From Takakia lepidozioides (Eukaryota > Plantae > Bryophyta): a DNA stretch of 64,000 nucleotides. Below, piece after piece: positions 48,701-61,081 of the stretch. A program made the position numbers and the translations under genes. The stretch is taken from contig CM060734.1 of NCBI GenBank assembly GCA_030704615.1, positions 16,120,001 through 16,184,000 on the forward strand. Reading direction: 5' to 3'. Below the pieces are notes generated by a model. That model worked only from the letters and a program-made list of their open reading frames with translations, was not told the DNA's origin and ran no database searches. Numbering within the stretch: position 1 is the first letter of the stretch; each line of letters opens with the position of its first letter.

Positions 48701-51700
48701 GTGCTTTGCCCCTTAGGCCACGTGTTTGAATTCAAACACTCTCCCGTCTCCTTCTGTCCGCGTGGCACATTCTCCGAGTTTGACTTCCAAACTGTCTTTA
48801 CACTTAACCCGTGTCCACCTGTCACTGCCCTTATGGACTGTGCAACCTGTGTGGGCTGTGTTGGGCTGTGACAGACTATGATAGGCTGTGATAGCTATGT
48901 GAACACCTGTGTTCTCTGCTATGGCCATACACATTCGGCTTTATGACAAGTGCGTCATGCTCCGTTGGTGCTACTGGTGTAGTCTGTGACTGCATCTGTG
49001 TTTCAAGATGCAAATCGTGCTGCAATGGTCTATCATGGATACCACTGTATCCCTTCAACTTATTGGCATTGTCTCTACCAAACATCTATTTGTTAATGGT
49101 TTGTAACATAGCTGTGTTGTTATCATACATCTTTTGTGTGACATAAGGTCCTTTCCATGGTGATTTAAGCTTGGAAGCTTTAATCTTCCCCTTCTTCTGC
49201 AACCACAATACCAAATCACCTGTCTTAAAAGTCTTCAATTTATTTTCATCAAACTGATCCTTCATCTTCATCTGAATTCTGGCCATGTTATCTGCTGCAT
49301 CAGCACGTACTTCTTCTACATGATATAGTTCATGTTTCCTTACTTTAATTGAATCCTCCAATTCCATTCTCCTCTCCCATTCAGTTCTCATGGTAGGTAA
49401 TAAGAATTCCACTGGAAGTAAAGCTTCCATACCATAAACTAATTGGAATGGTGTATACTTGGTGGTGACTTTATATGAAGTCCTATATGACCACAAAGTT
49501 GTCAACAACTTTGTATCCCAGTCTGTCCTGTTCGCATTGACTATCTTAGCCAAAATAGTGCATAGTATTTTGTCGGTGGCCTCTGCCTGCCCATTGCCCT
49601 GTGGGTAATAGGTTGTACTCTTCCTGTCCACAATCATAACTTCCTTAGTCAACAGTTCAATGGTCTCACTAATGAAATGACTTCCCTGGTCATTGATAAA
49701 TTCCAGGGGACAGCCAAATCTTGTGATAATGTTCTCATATAAGAACCTTGTTGTGGACTTAGCTGTGTTGTCCCTCAGAGCATTAGCTTCCACCCATTTT
49801 AAGGTAAAATCAGTGGCGGTGATTATATACTTGTTCTGTGTATTCCTGGCTGGTGGATTGATTGGTCCAACAAAGTCTAATCCCCATTTCTGAAATGGTT
49901 CAGTAGGCATTGTAGGATGCAAAGCCATCTTCCCAGATCTTTGCAAGGGTCCTAGCCTCTGGCACTCATCACAGCTCTTACAATACTTGTGTACATCTCT
50001 AAACAAGGTAGGCCACCAGTATCCTGCAAGTAATATTTTCCTACTGGTAGTCTCTTCTCCAAAATGGCCTCCAGCCACTCCCTTATGAACTTCTTCCAAA
50101 ACTTTATTTACCTCATGGTGGTACAAGCATCGTTTAAGAACTCCATCAGGTCCTAGCTTATACAATCTCCCCCTATCATAGTGTATGGTAATGCCTTGAT
50201 AGCTATTCTTTTCCTCTGCTCCCTCCCATAACTGGGTGGGCACTGACCATGAGTAAGGTAGTATCTGATTGGCCACTGCCAATCTAACCAATCATCTGCT
50301 CCCTGCACCTCCACTACGAATAAACTTGCATCAGACAGTTGATCGTTTACTCCTGCGGCGGGCTCTCCTGTTGGAAGGCGTGACAAGTGATCTGCCACAA
50401 GATGCAAACATCCAGGCTTGTAAACAACTTCGAATTCAAACTCGTGCAAGATAATCAACCATCTTGCTATCCTGCCACTTATCAAAGGCTTGTTCACCAG
50501 ATAAATCAAAGCCTGATGATCCACATAAAACATAAACTTCCTTCCAAATATTCTTGACTGCATAGATCATTGCCAAAGCTTCTCTTTCAATAGTGCTATG
50601 GTTCCTCTCAGCACTGTTCGACAATCTGCTAGCATAGTACACAGGTGAATCTATGTTTTTTGTGACATTTTGGGCTAATACAGCCTCCAATGCTTCTCCT
50701 GAGGCATCACAGTGTACATGGAATACCATATGCCAATGAGGGTTAATCAATACAGGTGTAGTTCTTATTGACAATGTAAGTTCCTCAAAAGCCTATTGAC
50801 ATTCAGCTGTCCATGCAAACACTGCATCCTTCTTCAAGAGTTTGCTTAATGGTGCCGTCTTCTGTGCATATCGTCTGACAAACCTTCTGTAATAGCTGGT
50901 TTGTCCAAGGAATCTCCTTAGAGCCTTAACATTTATTGGTGGTGGGGATGCTTTAATGGCCTCAGTCTTTCTAGAATCCACAAACAGTCCCTTCTTACAC
51001 ACAATGTGTCCCAGAAGTACCCCTGAGTTCACACAGAAAGTACACTTTACTGGATTCGAACCTCTCATCCTGCATCTGGCCAAACATAATTCCAACCTCT
51101 GCAAGTGCTCATTCTTAGAGCTGTACACACTGAAGTCATCTAAGAACACTTGCATGAAATCATCCAAACACTCATGGAAAAATTCACTTATCACTCTCTG
51201 GAAAGTTGCTGGTGCATTACAAAGTCCAAAAGACATGACTTTGTATGCATAAGCACCCCGGTCAGTAATGAAAACTATCTTTCCCTGATCCTCTTCAGCT
51301 ACTTGCACTTGGTTATACCCACTGAAACCATCCATGAATGAGTACATCTCATGGCCTGCCATAGTGTCCAATATAGCTTTTGTGAATGGCAAAGGAAAGA
51401 GATCTTTCTTTGTACAATCATTCAACTTCTTATAGTTCACACAAACTCTCAGTTTGCCATTCTTCTTGGGAACTATCACAATGGGTGATAACCAAGTTGT
51501 ATACTCTATCGGGTATTGAACTTAGGCTCAGCCAATTTCTTAATCTCATCCCCAACCTTCTGTGCATAGTTGGGATTCATCCTGTAGCTTGCCTGTTTGA
51601 TTGGTACTGACCCTGGTTCCAACTCAATCTTGTGCTGACATATTTTAGGGGGTATCCCCTTCAGGTCTTCATAACTCCAAGCAAATACATCTTTGTATTT

Positions 51701-52160
51701 GATAAACAAGCTCTTAGCTTCCTCAAAGAATTATGGCTCCAAGTCAGCCCCAACTTTCACCATTCTTGGTTCCTCCTCAGTTCCCACATTTACTTCTCTC
51801 ACCTGCTCTTCAGCCCTGATTGTCCATCCAGCCACTACTTCATCCTGTAAACTCACAGTGGCTGGTTCCTCTAGGATTTCTATTTCTCCCTTTTTTTCTT
51901 CATAGAAATGTGGTGGGTAACTGCTTGTTTCCCCCTCAATTGGTGTTGCTGTTACTGCACCACAACATATACCTTTAAAGCAACTCAGGCCTCCCAGTTG
52001 CATTTCTGCAACCTGCTCCAACTCCGGGTGTGCAGCAAACAGAGTAGCTTCCTGCTCCTCATCAAGCCCTCCCCTCCAGTCATACTCTCTGACTCCACGA
52101 GGTCTCCGTGTAGCAGGTAGCCTACCAGATTTCTTAGTGGTGATGATCTGTATCTTGTGC
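45705..52160 (-). mobile_element. Family B copy 3 (pol plus extra ORF) with internal inversion 45834-47434
   Basis: RT/RH/INT ORFs 51479-50793, 50774-50153 and 50291-49086. Extra ORF runs 48004-47435(-), continues 45834-47434(+), then 45833-45705(-). Confidence 0.9.
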
Positions 52161-52815
52161 CAGTGCGTCACTGCAAATGACTATTGGGCGTGGCAAAAAA
52201 AACAGCAGGAGCAGGAGTTGTACCCGCCACGCCCGGGCATGGGCGTCACTTTGCTTATATTTAATCAAAAAAATAAAAGACGTGCAGGCAGGGTGGCGGG
52301 CTCCGTGACGCCAGGGCGTCGCAGCTTGCGACCCCCGGACCAAAAACACACGTCGCAGGGGGTGTCGGGCGTTGCCGCCTGCAAATGGGATTTGTGATGC
52401 CTGACCGTCGCAGCTTGCGACCCCCACCCAAAAAACACGTCGCAATTGGCGACGTCATGCAGTCGCGAGGGCAGCCTGGTGGGGGGGTTGGGGGTTGATT
52501 TTGGGGGTGGTTTTTGTTTTTTGCCTGGTTTTGTTTTTGGGGATGGGAGACCTTACAGCTTCCATTTCTCTGATTTGGCAGGTACACAATTGAGCAAGCA
52601 TGAATCGAGGTGAGGATGGTGCGACACATGAATAAAATGGAAAGATGGAAATATGGAAATATATTTACAGGAAATGAGCTGAAAAGCTCACAAGGGTTCA
52701 GTAGGCTGACCCTGGGACCTACATGGACTAGGACTAGTCATCCTCATCCTCATCCTCAGTGGAGGACTCAGAGCTATCCGATGAGCCTGATGACCCCGCG
52801 CCCTTTGTCAGAGCA
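52161..52815 (-). repeat. Second, diverged copy of the 3' end of the 38398-41270 element
   Basis: Reverse complement matches ~40530-41230 (GAGGATGAGGATGACTAG..CCATGTAGGTCCCAGGGTCAGCCTACTGAACC and the GCGAC motif cluster). Confidence 0.88.
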
Positions 52816-55800
52816 TCCTCTTCTCCGCCTGATCTCCTTTACTCATGATCAAGAAGTGCTCCCCCAAAAGTGATCTCTCCCCCATTGCTGCTCTGCCTCA
52901 TCTATATGCAAGCTGTTCTAACCGTCTAACTAACTATCTGTCACCCCAAGAAGTAACACATTCCCCCCTGCAGATGTCGTTCCCACACAGTCATTCCCTG
53001 CCAATGATAACCGTTCCCTACGTACGTTGTGACGGCCTGTGCCAAGCTGTGTCGGGCTGTGACTGTGCCGAGCTGTGACTGGCTGTGTAAAGCTGTGTCG
53101 GGCTGTGACGTGGTGTGACTGGCTGTGCGAAGCTGTGTCGGGCTGTGTCGTGCTGTGACAAGCTGTGATAGGCTGTGATTGACTGTGACAGACTGTGTAA
53201 GGCTGTGTCGGGCTGTGTATGGTTGTGTATGGCTGTGATAGGCTGTGTACGACTGTCTACCACCCCTAAAGCCTGTGCTGTCACCCCTAAGGCCTCTGTT
53301 GGTCTAAGTCTACCATCTGTAAGTCTGCGCAATAAAGGTACCCCACAAAGCCCATAAAGTGTCTAAGTCCTAGACAGCCCTCTAACATTACCCCTCCCCC
53401 TCTCAAAAAGCCGTGTTCTCACGGTTTACTGTTTAGGATCAGCAAACCATTGTGAGCGAGCACCCTTCTGATGGTGAGAATCCTTTGGAGGGCTCTGTGT
53501 GCGAGCCCGAGCCCTGTCACTGGCTGATGGAGACGATTGAGTACCAAACGGAAATGTCTGACCCTCCTGTGGTTGATAACGAGGTAACCTCTCATGCATA
53601 GGAGATCCCCGCCGTTTCTTCTCTGCCATCTGTAGTGCAAAGTCCTCCGCCATGTCAAAAGGTTCCTCTGTAGAACCAGTAGTATCAGAATCATCTTCCC
53701 CCCTGAGGTGTTTCGGCGGCCGAACCTTAAGTGGTTCCTCAGGAATCCTGCATGGCATGCAGTGTTGGCCCACCATGTCTGGAAGCTTGAACTGGACTAC
53801 TTCTTTAATTGCTTGCAAGGAAAATGTGTGAATTCCCTGAACTCCTTGGCCGTATAGGTGAGAGGTGTGCCAATGACCTTGAAACAGTGTAAGTATTTCC
53901 AGGCTTCATGTCCCTTATAAAAAATATCATCAAGGCCCAATTTTTCTTTGGCCAAGCTGTTCCAAGCCAAATTAAACCATGAACAAAGCTGGGAATCCTT
54001 CCGCATCATGATCTTTGCACCCTATAGATACATATGAGGTGGAACCAAAGGTAAGACCCAATGATCTCCACTGGAATAACTCAAAAATCTTGACTGCATC
54101 TTCTGCTGCTCAATGTGATACCGTGCAATGAAACAAGCAGCATAGTACAATCCACAGCCCATGACAATACTAGATACCTCCTTGGTTTTGGTGTAGATGT
54201 ACCCATGAACAACCTGAAAGACAATTAATTCCCTCAGCATGGTGCTTGCTTTAGATCAGTACCTGGCAAAATGATGATCCTCAATGGGTCGATTGTTCGG
54301 AAGAACCTTAGTCCGAGTTGCCACTGGCAAACAAATGCGCTTGATCTGGTAATAATGTGCCAAAGACTGTGGAGGACTGAATTCCTTCCAAGCCAAATCC
54401 ATCACAATGGAAATTTGGTTGAAGGGCATAATCATAGCCCGATTGTACTCCAGTGCAGCAGGAGTCCTAGGTGGGTGAAAAGCAGCATCCCCCCAAACCT
54501 CAGCTTGTGGCATTGCCACGGTATCAACAGTGTCAGCCACTTGCACAGCCACCGGCTGTGGGGGCTGTGATATTGCCGCCACTGTCCCTCCTATTACTGG
54601 CATTTCTTATATCGATGAAGACTGAAAAACCAGGGTTCTGGCATGCAAATAAGTAGCCACCGGCTGCTCCTCAGGAACAAAGACTCGTTTGTCAATGTTG
54701 GAACTCAAGTCATCTACTTGAGTCTGCAGCCCTTCCACATCATCCTGTAACTCTGCTATCCTACTATAGACATTGTCTATAGTAATTGTGGCAATGTTCT
54801 GCACCTGCAACCTGAGATCATTCATCTCCCCCTGAGTGAGCTTTTGTGGTGCCTTCCTTTCCACCGGCCCTTGTGTTAACCATACTTGCATAAGATAATT
54901 ATCCACCAAGTCTTGTGTAGCACCCCGGAGAGCCTGCTTCTCCTTAAGTCTGTACACATCTAACTGCTGTTGTGAGGCCTTCATGCGCTTTGCATGAGGT
55001 TCAACTAGGCCCGCATAGGCAGCAGCCAGATTATTGGCTTCCTTCCAAGCCTTGTTAGCCACAGAGAGTTCATTCTTGTGGCCTGTGAGTGATTGCTGCA
55101 ACTGCAGGATGAACCTTTCCTTCTTAGCCTCAACCTCACTGTACTGTTGGAAAGTATCCTCATTGCGACGGAGGGTAGCCTTCAGATCAGCAATAAGTTT
55201 CCCCTGCTCTACTGTCTCAACCTCTGCCATCATACATCTCTCTGCTTGTCTGTTAACTTCTAATGCAATTTGCTCCAGAGCAGTTGTTAGTGTGGCACAT
55301 TGTATGGTCATTTGCTGATGAACTGTCTCCAACTCTGTATGAAGCACCGTCACTTCCTGCAATTTGCCCTCATGCTTCACCTGCAATTGGTATAACTGCT
55401 ATTTATGCGCTTCATGCAACTTCCCCTACTCCAGACCCGCTTCAATCAGATTCCCCTTTGCTAGCTGCATGGCAGCCTTGGTGTCCTCCAATTCTTTTTG
55501 TAACTTGAGGTTGGCCTCCACATCCACCTTGTTTGCACACTCAGTGGCAATTCTAGCCTCAAACTCTTGCTTGAGTTCCTCTCTCAAAGCTGCCAATTGT
55601 GTAGATGGAATATGAGACTTCACATATGTGCCCAACAAATTGAGTGTTCTGCTTATGGAACTCATAAGCATGGCCTGCTGTGGGTCTTCATGGGAACCCT
55701 GTTGGTTCTCCACAATGTGATGTTTCACCAACCATTCAGGCCATGTTCCCACAAGATCTTCATCCTGAACGACCTCATTCTCCACAGGTGCTGCAATGCC

Positions 55801-58800
55801 CCTACCTTCTACCTCTGGAACCTCCTCCACAGGTTCGGGCATCACATGCACAGCAGGGATTTCCTCGGTCAAACTCTGCATCTTTGGCACCACTGGTTCC
55901 CTGACCAAACCAGAGTTTTCATAGAGAAGGTCCCCCTTTTCAATTTCTGTCACTACCTGCTCTGTAGTGGGAATGTCCAGCCCTTCTCCTTCCAGAGCAA
56001 GAGGCTCTGGTGTAACAGCATGTACTATCTGAGTGACCCCTGGAACAACTGAGTCATCTGGCTGTGGTGGTTGTGGTATCAAGGTGACTTCTTCCTCCCT
56101 CTCCAAAGGCCGTGCTTCCAACAATAACATCCCCCTGTGCTGCTGCTCCTCCTCCTGCACAAGCGCTATGGAAACATCATCTTGTGGTTTCCTTGAAGCT
56201 AGTGGGTCTGCCACAGTCATATCCCGCTTCTGCCTCTTGGACTGGTGCTGCCCCTCCAATCCACCTTCACTATGTGAAGAGCCTTGCTCCTCAATTGCAG
56301 TGGTTGTTGTCTCAAACCGTCCCATCTCCTTACGTTCTTGCGCATCAAGTATACAAGTATCAAGGATAATTTGCGCAACTATTGGGCCAGACACTATGAT
56401 CGGAGACTTAGCAACAGTGCCTTGTAACCGCTTCATCTCTTCCACCAGACCATTGTACATCAATTCCGCCCAAGCTACATCCTCTCCCCTCAAGGCTTTC
56501 AGTATCTCCTCCGAGAATGATCTGCTCAAGTACTGTTGGTTCTGTTTCATGGCAAACAGGACATTTAGTATTTGGCCAATTTCTCTTAGCCTTGGGTACT
56601 CAGCCTTGATGCAGGTGTATCCTTGAGTTTTAAAGAAACTCCCTTCTTGGAACAAATTGCCTATCTACAATCTTGCCCTGTGCTCATCCACATCCACATG
56701 ACCCGATGGCAAATTGAACAATTGCTGCAGGTACTGGGGAGTAATTTCTATATCTACTCCCCTCACATGGGTAAGATTTCCCCTCCCGTCAAGACGCTGG
56801 TTATTCGGAGCCACCCCGAATGTTTCATTCATAACTCTTCTAATTTCTTGTTCTTGTTTCTTGGAGGGAACCACCTACATGAAATTCTCGCTCTTGATTG
56901 GCTATTGCCTCCTTGTGTAACTTCTTAATTTTACCCCCCTCAGTGGACATTCCCACCTGAAATGTCCACTAGGACAGCACATGTGGCAAAGGCCCCCCTT
57001 TTCTGTACACGTAAAGGGTTCCGTTACCTTTGCCCTGAATGCATTAATGGGCCCACAAATAGTTTTGGTTGATGTACCGGGTAGGTACTTTGACGGCCCA
57101 GTTTGTCCTCTTGCATGATGACACCCACTTTTACAATATATGCACCGCGGTGTGCTTCGCCCTAGTGGCCGCGTGTTTGCTTTTAAACATGCCCCCGTCT
57201 TCCCCTGTCCGCATGGCACATTCTCCGAGTTTGACTTCCAAGCTATCCTTTCACTTGCCGGCCACTTTTCTGACGTTAACCCGCGTCCACCTGTCACTGA
57301 CTCTATGGACTCTACAACTTGCATAGGCTGTGTTGGGCTGTGACAGACTGTGTCAAACTGTGATAAACTATGATAGGCTGTGTGATGTTGTGATGGGCTG
57401 TGATAACTGTGCAAACACCCGTGTTCTCCGCTCAGGCCATACACATTCGGCTTTACGACAAGTGCTTCATGCTCCGTTGGTATCACCGGTGCAGCCCGTG
57501 ACCGTTTCTGTGTTTCAACATGCAAATCATGCTGCAATGGTTTGTCATGGATACCACTGTATCCCTTCAACTTATTGGCATTGACTCTTCCCAGCATCTC
57601 TTTGTTAATGGTTTGTAACATGGTTGTGTTGTTATCATACATCTTCTGTATGACATAAGGTCCTTTCCATGGTGACTTAAGCTTAGAAGCTTTCATCTTT
57701 CCCTTCTTCTGCAACCACAGAACCAAATCACCCGTCCTAAAAGTTTTCACTTTACCTTCATAAAATTGATCCTTCTTCTTCATCTGAATTCTGGCCATGT
57801 TATCTGCTGCATCCGCACGTACTTCTTCCACATGATATAATTCATGTTTCCTGACTTTAATTGAATCTTCCAACTCCATTCTCCTTCCCCATTCAGTTCT
57901 CATGGTAGGTAACAAGAACTCCACTGGAAGTAAAGCTTCCATACCATAAACTAATTGGAATGGTGTATACTTAGTGGTGACTTTATATGAAGTCCTGTAT
58001 GACCACAAAGCTGTCAGCAACTTTGTATCCCAATCCGTTCTGTTTGCATTGACTATCTTAGCCAAAATAGTACATAGTATTTTGTTGGTGGCTTCTGCCT
58101 GCCCATTACCCTGTGGGTAATAGGTTGTACTCTTCCTGTGCACAATCATGAACTCTTTAGTCAATAGTTCTATAGTCTCGTTAATGAAGTGACTTCCCTG
58201 GTCACTAATAAATTCCAGATGAATCCCAACTATGCACAGAAGGTTGGGGAAGAGATCAAGAAGTTGGCTGAGGCTAAGTTCATATACCCGATAGAGTATA
58301 CAACTTGGTTGTCACCCATTGTGATAGTTCCCAAGAAGAATGGTAAACTGAGAGTGTGTGTGAACTATAAGAAGCTGAATGCTTGTACAAAGAAAGATCA
58401 TTTTCCCTTGCCATTCACAGAGGCTGTATTGGACACTGTGGCTGGCCATGAGATGTACTTATTCATGGATGGCTTTAGTGGGTATAACCAAGTACAGGTG
58501 GCAGAATAAGACCAGGCTTTCATCACAGACTGGGGTGCTTATGCATACAAAGTCATGCCTTTTGGACTTTGTAATGCACCAGCAACATTTCAGAGAGTGA
58601 AGAGTGAATCCTTCCATGAGTATCTGGATGATTTCATGCAAGTGTTCTTAGAAGATTTCAGTGTGTACAGTTCTAAGAATGAGCACTTGCATAAATTGGA
58701 GTTATGTTTGGCCAAATGCAGGATGAGAGGTCTGGGTCTGCATCCAGAAAAATGTACTTTCTGTGTGAACTCAGGGGTACTTCTGGGACACATTGTGTGT

Positions 58801-61043
58801 AAGAAGGGATTACTTGTGGACCCCTGAAAAACGGAGGCCATTAAAGCATCACCACCACCAGGAAATGTTAAAAGTCTAAGGAGATTCCTTTGACAAACCA
58901 GTTACTACAGAAGGTTTGTTAAACGGTATGCACAGATGGCAGCACCTTTGAGCAAGCTTCTCAAGAAGGATGTAGTGTTTAGATGGACAGCTGAATGTCA
59001 GCATGCTTTTGAGGAACTTACATTGTAAGTAACAACTACACCTGTGCTGATTAACCCTCACTGGCACGTAGTATTTCATGTACACTGTGATGCCTCAGGA
59101 GAAGCATTGGGAGCTGTGTTAGCCCAAAATATCATAGGAAACATAGATTCACCTGTGTACTATGCTAGAAGGTTATTGAACAGTGCTGAAAGGAACTATA
59201 GCACCACTGAAAGAGAAGCATTGGCAATGATTTATGCAGTCAAGAAATTCAGGCATTACCTATTGGGAAGGAAGTTTATGTTTTATGTGGATCATCAGGC
59301 TTTGATTTATCTGGTGAACAAGCCTTTGATAAGTGGCAAGATAACAAGATGGGTAATAATCTTGCACGAGTTTGAATTCGAAGTTGTTTACAAGCCTGGC
59401 CGTTTGCATCTTGTGGCAGATCACTTGTCACGCCTAACAACAGGAGAGCTCGCCTCGGGAGTAGAAGACCAATTACCTGATGCGAGTCTATTTGCAATGG
59501 AGGTGCAAGGAAGTGCCAATGATTGGTTAGATTGGCAGTGGCCAATCAGATACTACTGTAGTGTGAATGCAGGGGAGTGACATTACATTTTGTTTTATTG
59601 TTAAGACCCTGCATCACTACAACGGGAGTGCCCGGGTACAACTGCAAGAGGGATATATCCCTTCATACAGGTAATTTCATGGGCATACTGTGCTTATGCT
59701 TTGCCAGGATAAAAATGGCTAAGACATGACCATGCGTATTTTCATCCGTAGGATGAACGTTTTCATCCCAGGTGTTTAACCTAGAAACGCGGGTTGAGGA
59801 AAACGAAGAGGAAGATGACGGGCAACTCTTAGCAGCTGTTGCGAGCAGTGGGGTTGGCAGGGCAGTCTGTTTTTGGGAGGTTGACCTACGCTATGGGACT
59901 CTGCTTGGTTTAGAGAGTGGCATTAAGTGCTTCTGCTTGGTATTCTGTGTAAAGGGAAACGGTGCCGCTTTTCTCGTAATGATGATCAATTCCTGGAGTA
60001 GGAGCATGTAAGAAGAGCGGCGCACCACCGCTGTCGCCATTGCCTTGAAGAAAATAGTTATGGGCAGATGAGCAAGCAAGGAAAACGGCCAGCTGCCGGA
60101 AGCACAAGGAAGTGAGTTGTGGGCACAATCAATGGAGGGGATGAGGCATGTGAAGTGCTGGCTGGATGGCAACTCAGGTTATCTGTAATCAAAGCTTATA
60201 GCTGCTTTTGTGTCTTCTTACTATCAATTCTTAGGGAAGAATTGCACGCATAGAAGGATAGAGTATTTAGTTGGCAAGCCACAGGATGTTCCATAGGATG
60301 AAGAGGAGCCATCATGGCATGATAAATACTGGAATCAAGACAAGGAGAATAGGTTGAAGTGGCTGCTGACAGGCGATGGTGAGGTGCCATCTTGGCAGGC
60401 AGATCCACCGCTTCGCTGGAGGATAAAACAGATAAGTTCATAGACTGTGGGCTTCGATTTTTGGGGGTGGTGACTTAGAAATCGCTTTGGTGTGGATTTA
60501 GGACTGGCTCTTGGTAGAGGAGAAGGAGGTAGAGATATGTGATGGAGGAAAAAAGTTTTGAAAATGGAATGGAGACTCTGGACTTCAAACCAGGATAGGG
60601 AAATGATGGATGCACCTGATGTTATAGTGTCAGTAGGAGAAATGAGTGGGGGGAGAGACTGCTTGTCACTGAATCAGAATGGTCACTGTTTGTCTTCATT
60701 CTTGTTCTTGTTTCAGTGTTATGAACCTGCACACAATGCTGCCCTGGGTATTGACACACTGGAACCAATGTAGACCTAGCTTGGCTGATTGAAAACACCA
60801 GTGAGGGTTAGTTAGAACTGTTGAAAACAGAGAAAGGATAATGTGGATGGGGAAGCAACACCGACACTGATTTGGTTTTGGAACTGATTTCCAGTATGGT
60901 CTCAGGGTATGAACAACTGAGGTTCACAGTTGAAGGGAAAAGAGGGCTGTTGGGGTAATGGCTTGAAACCTGTAGAAAGGCTGAGAGCTGTTTGGGCAAT
61001 GGCTTCTTTTGGAAAAAGGTAGTGTGAAAGGTTGGACATTGGC

Positions 61044-61081
<38 letters not shown>

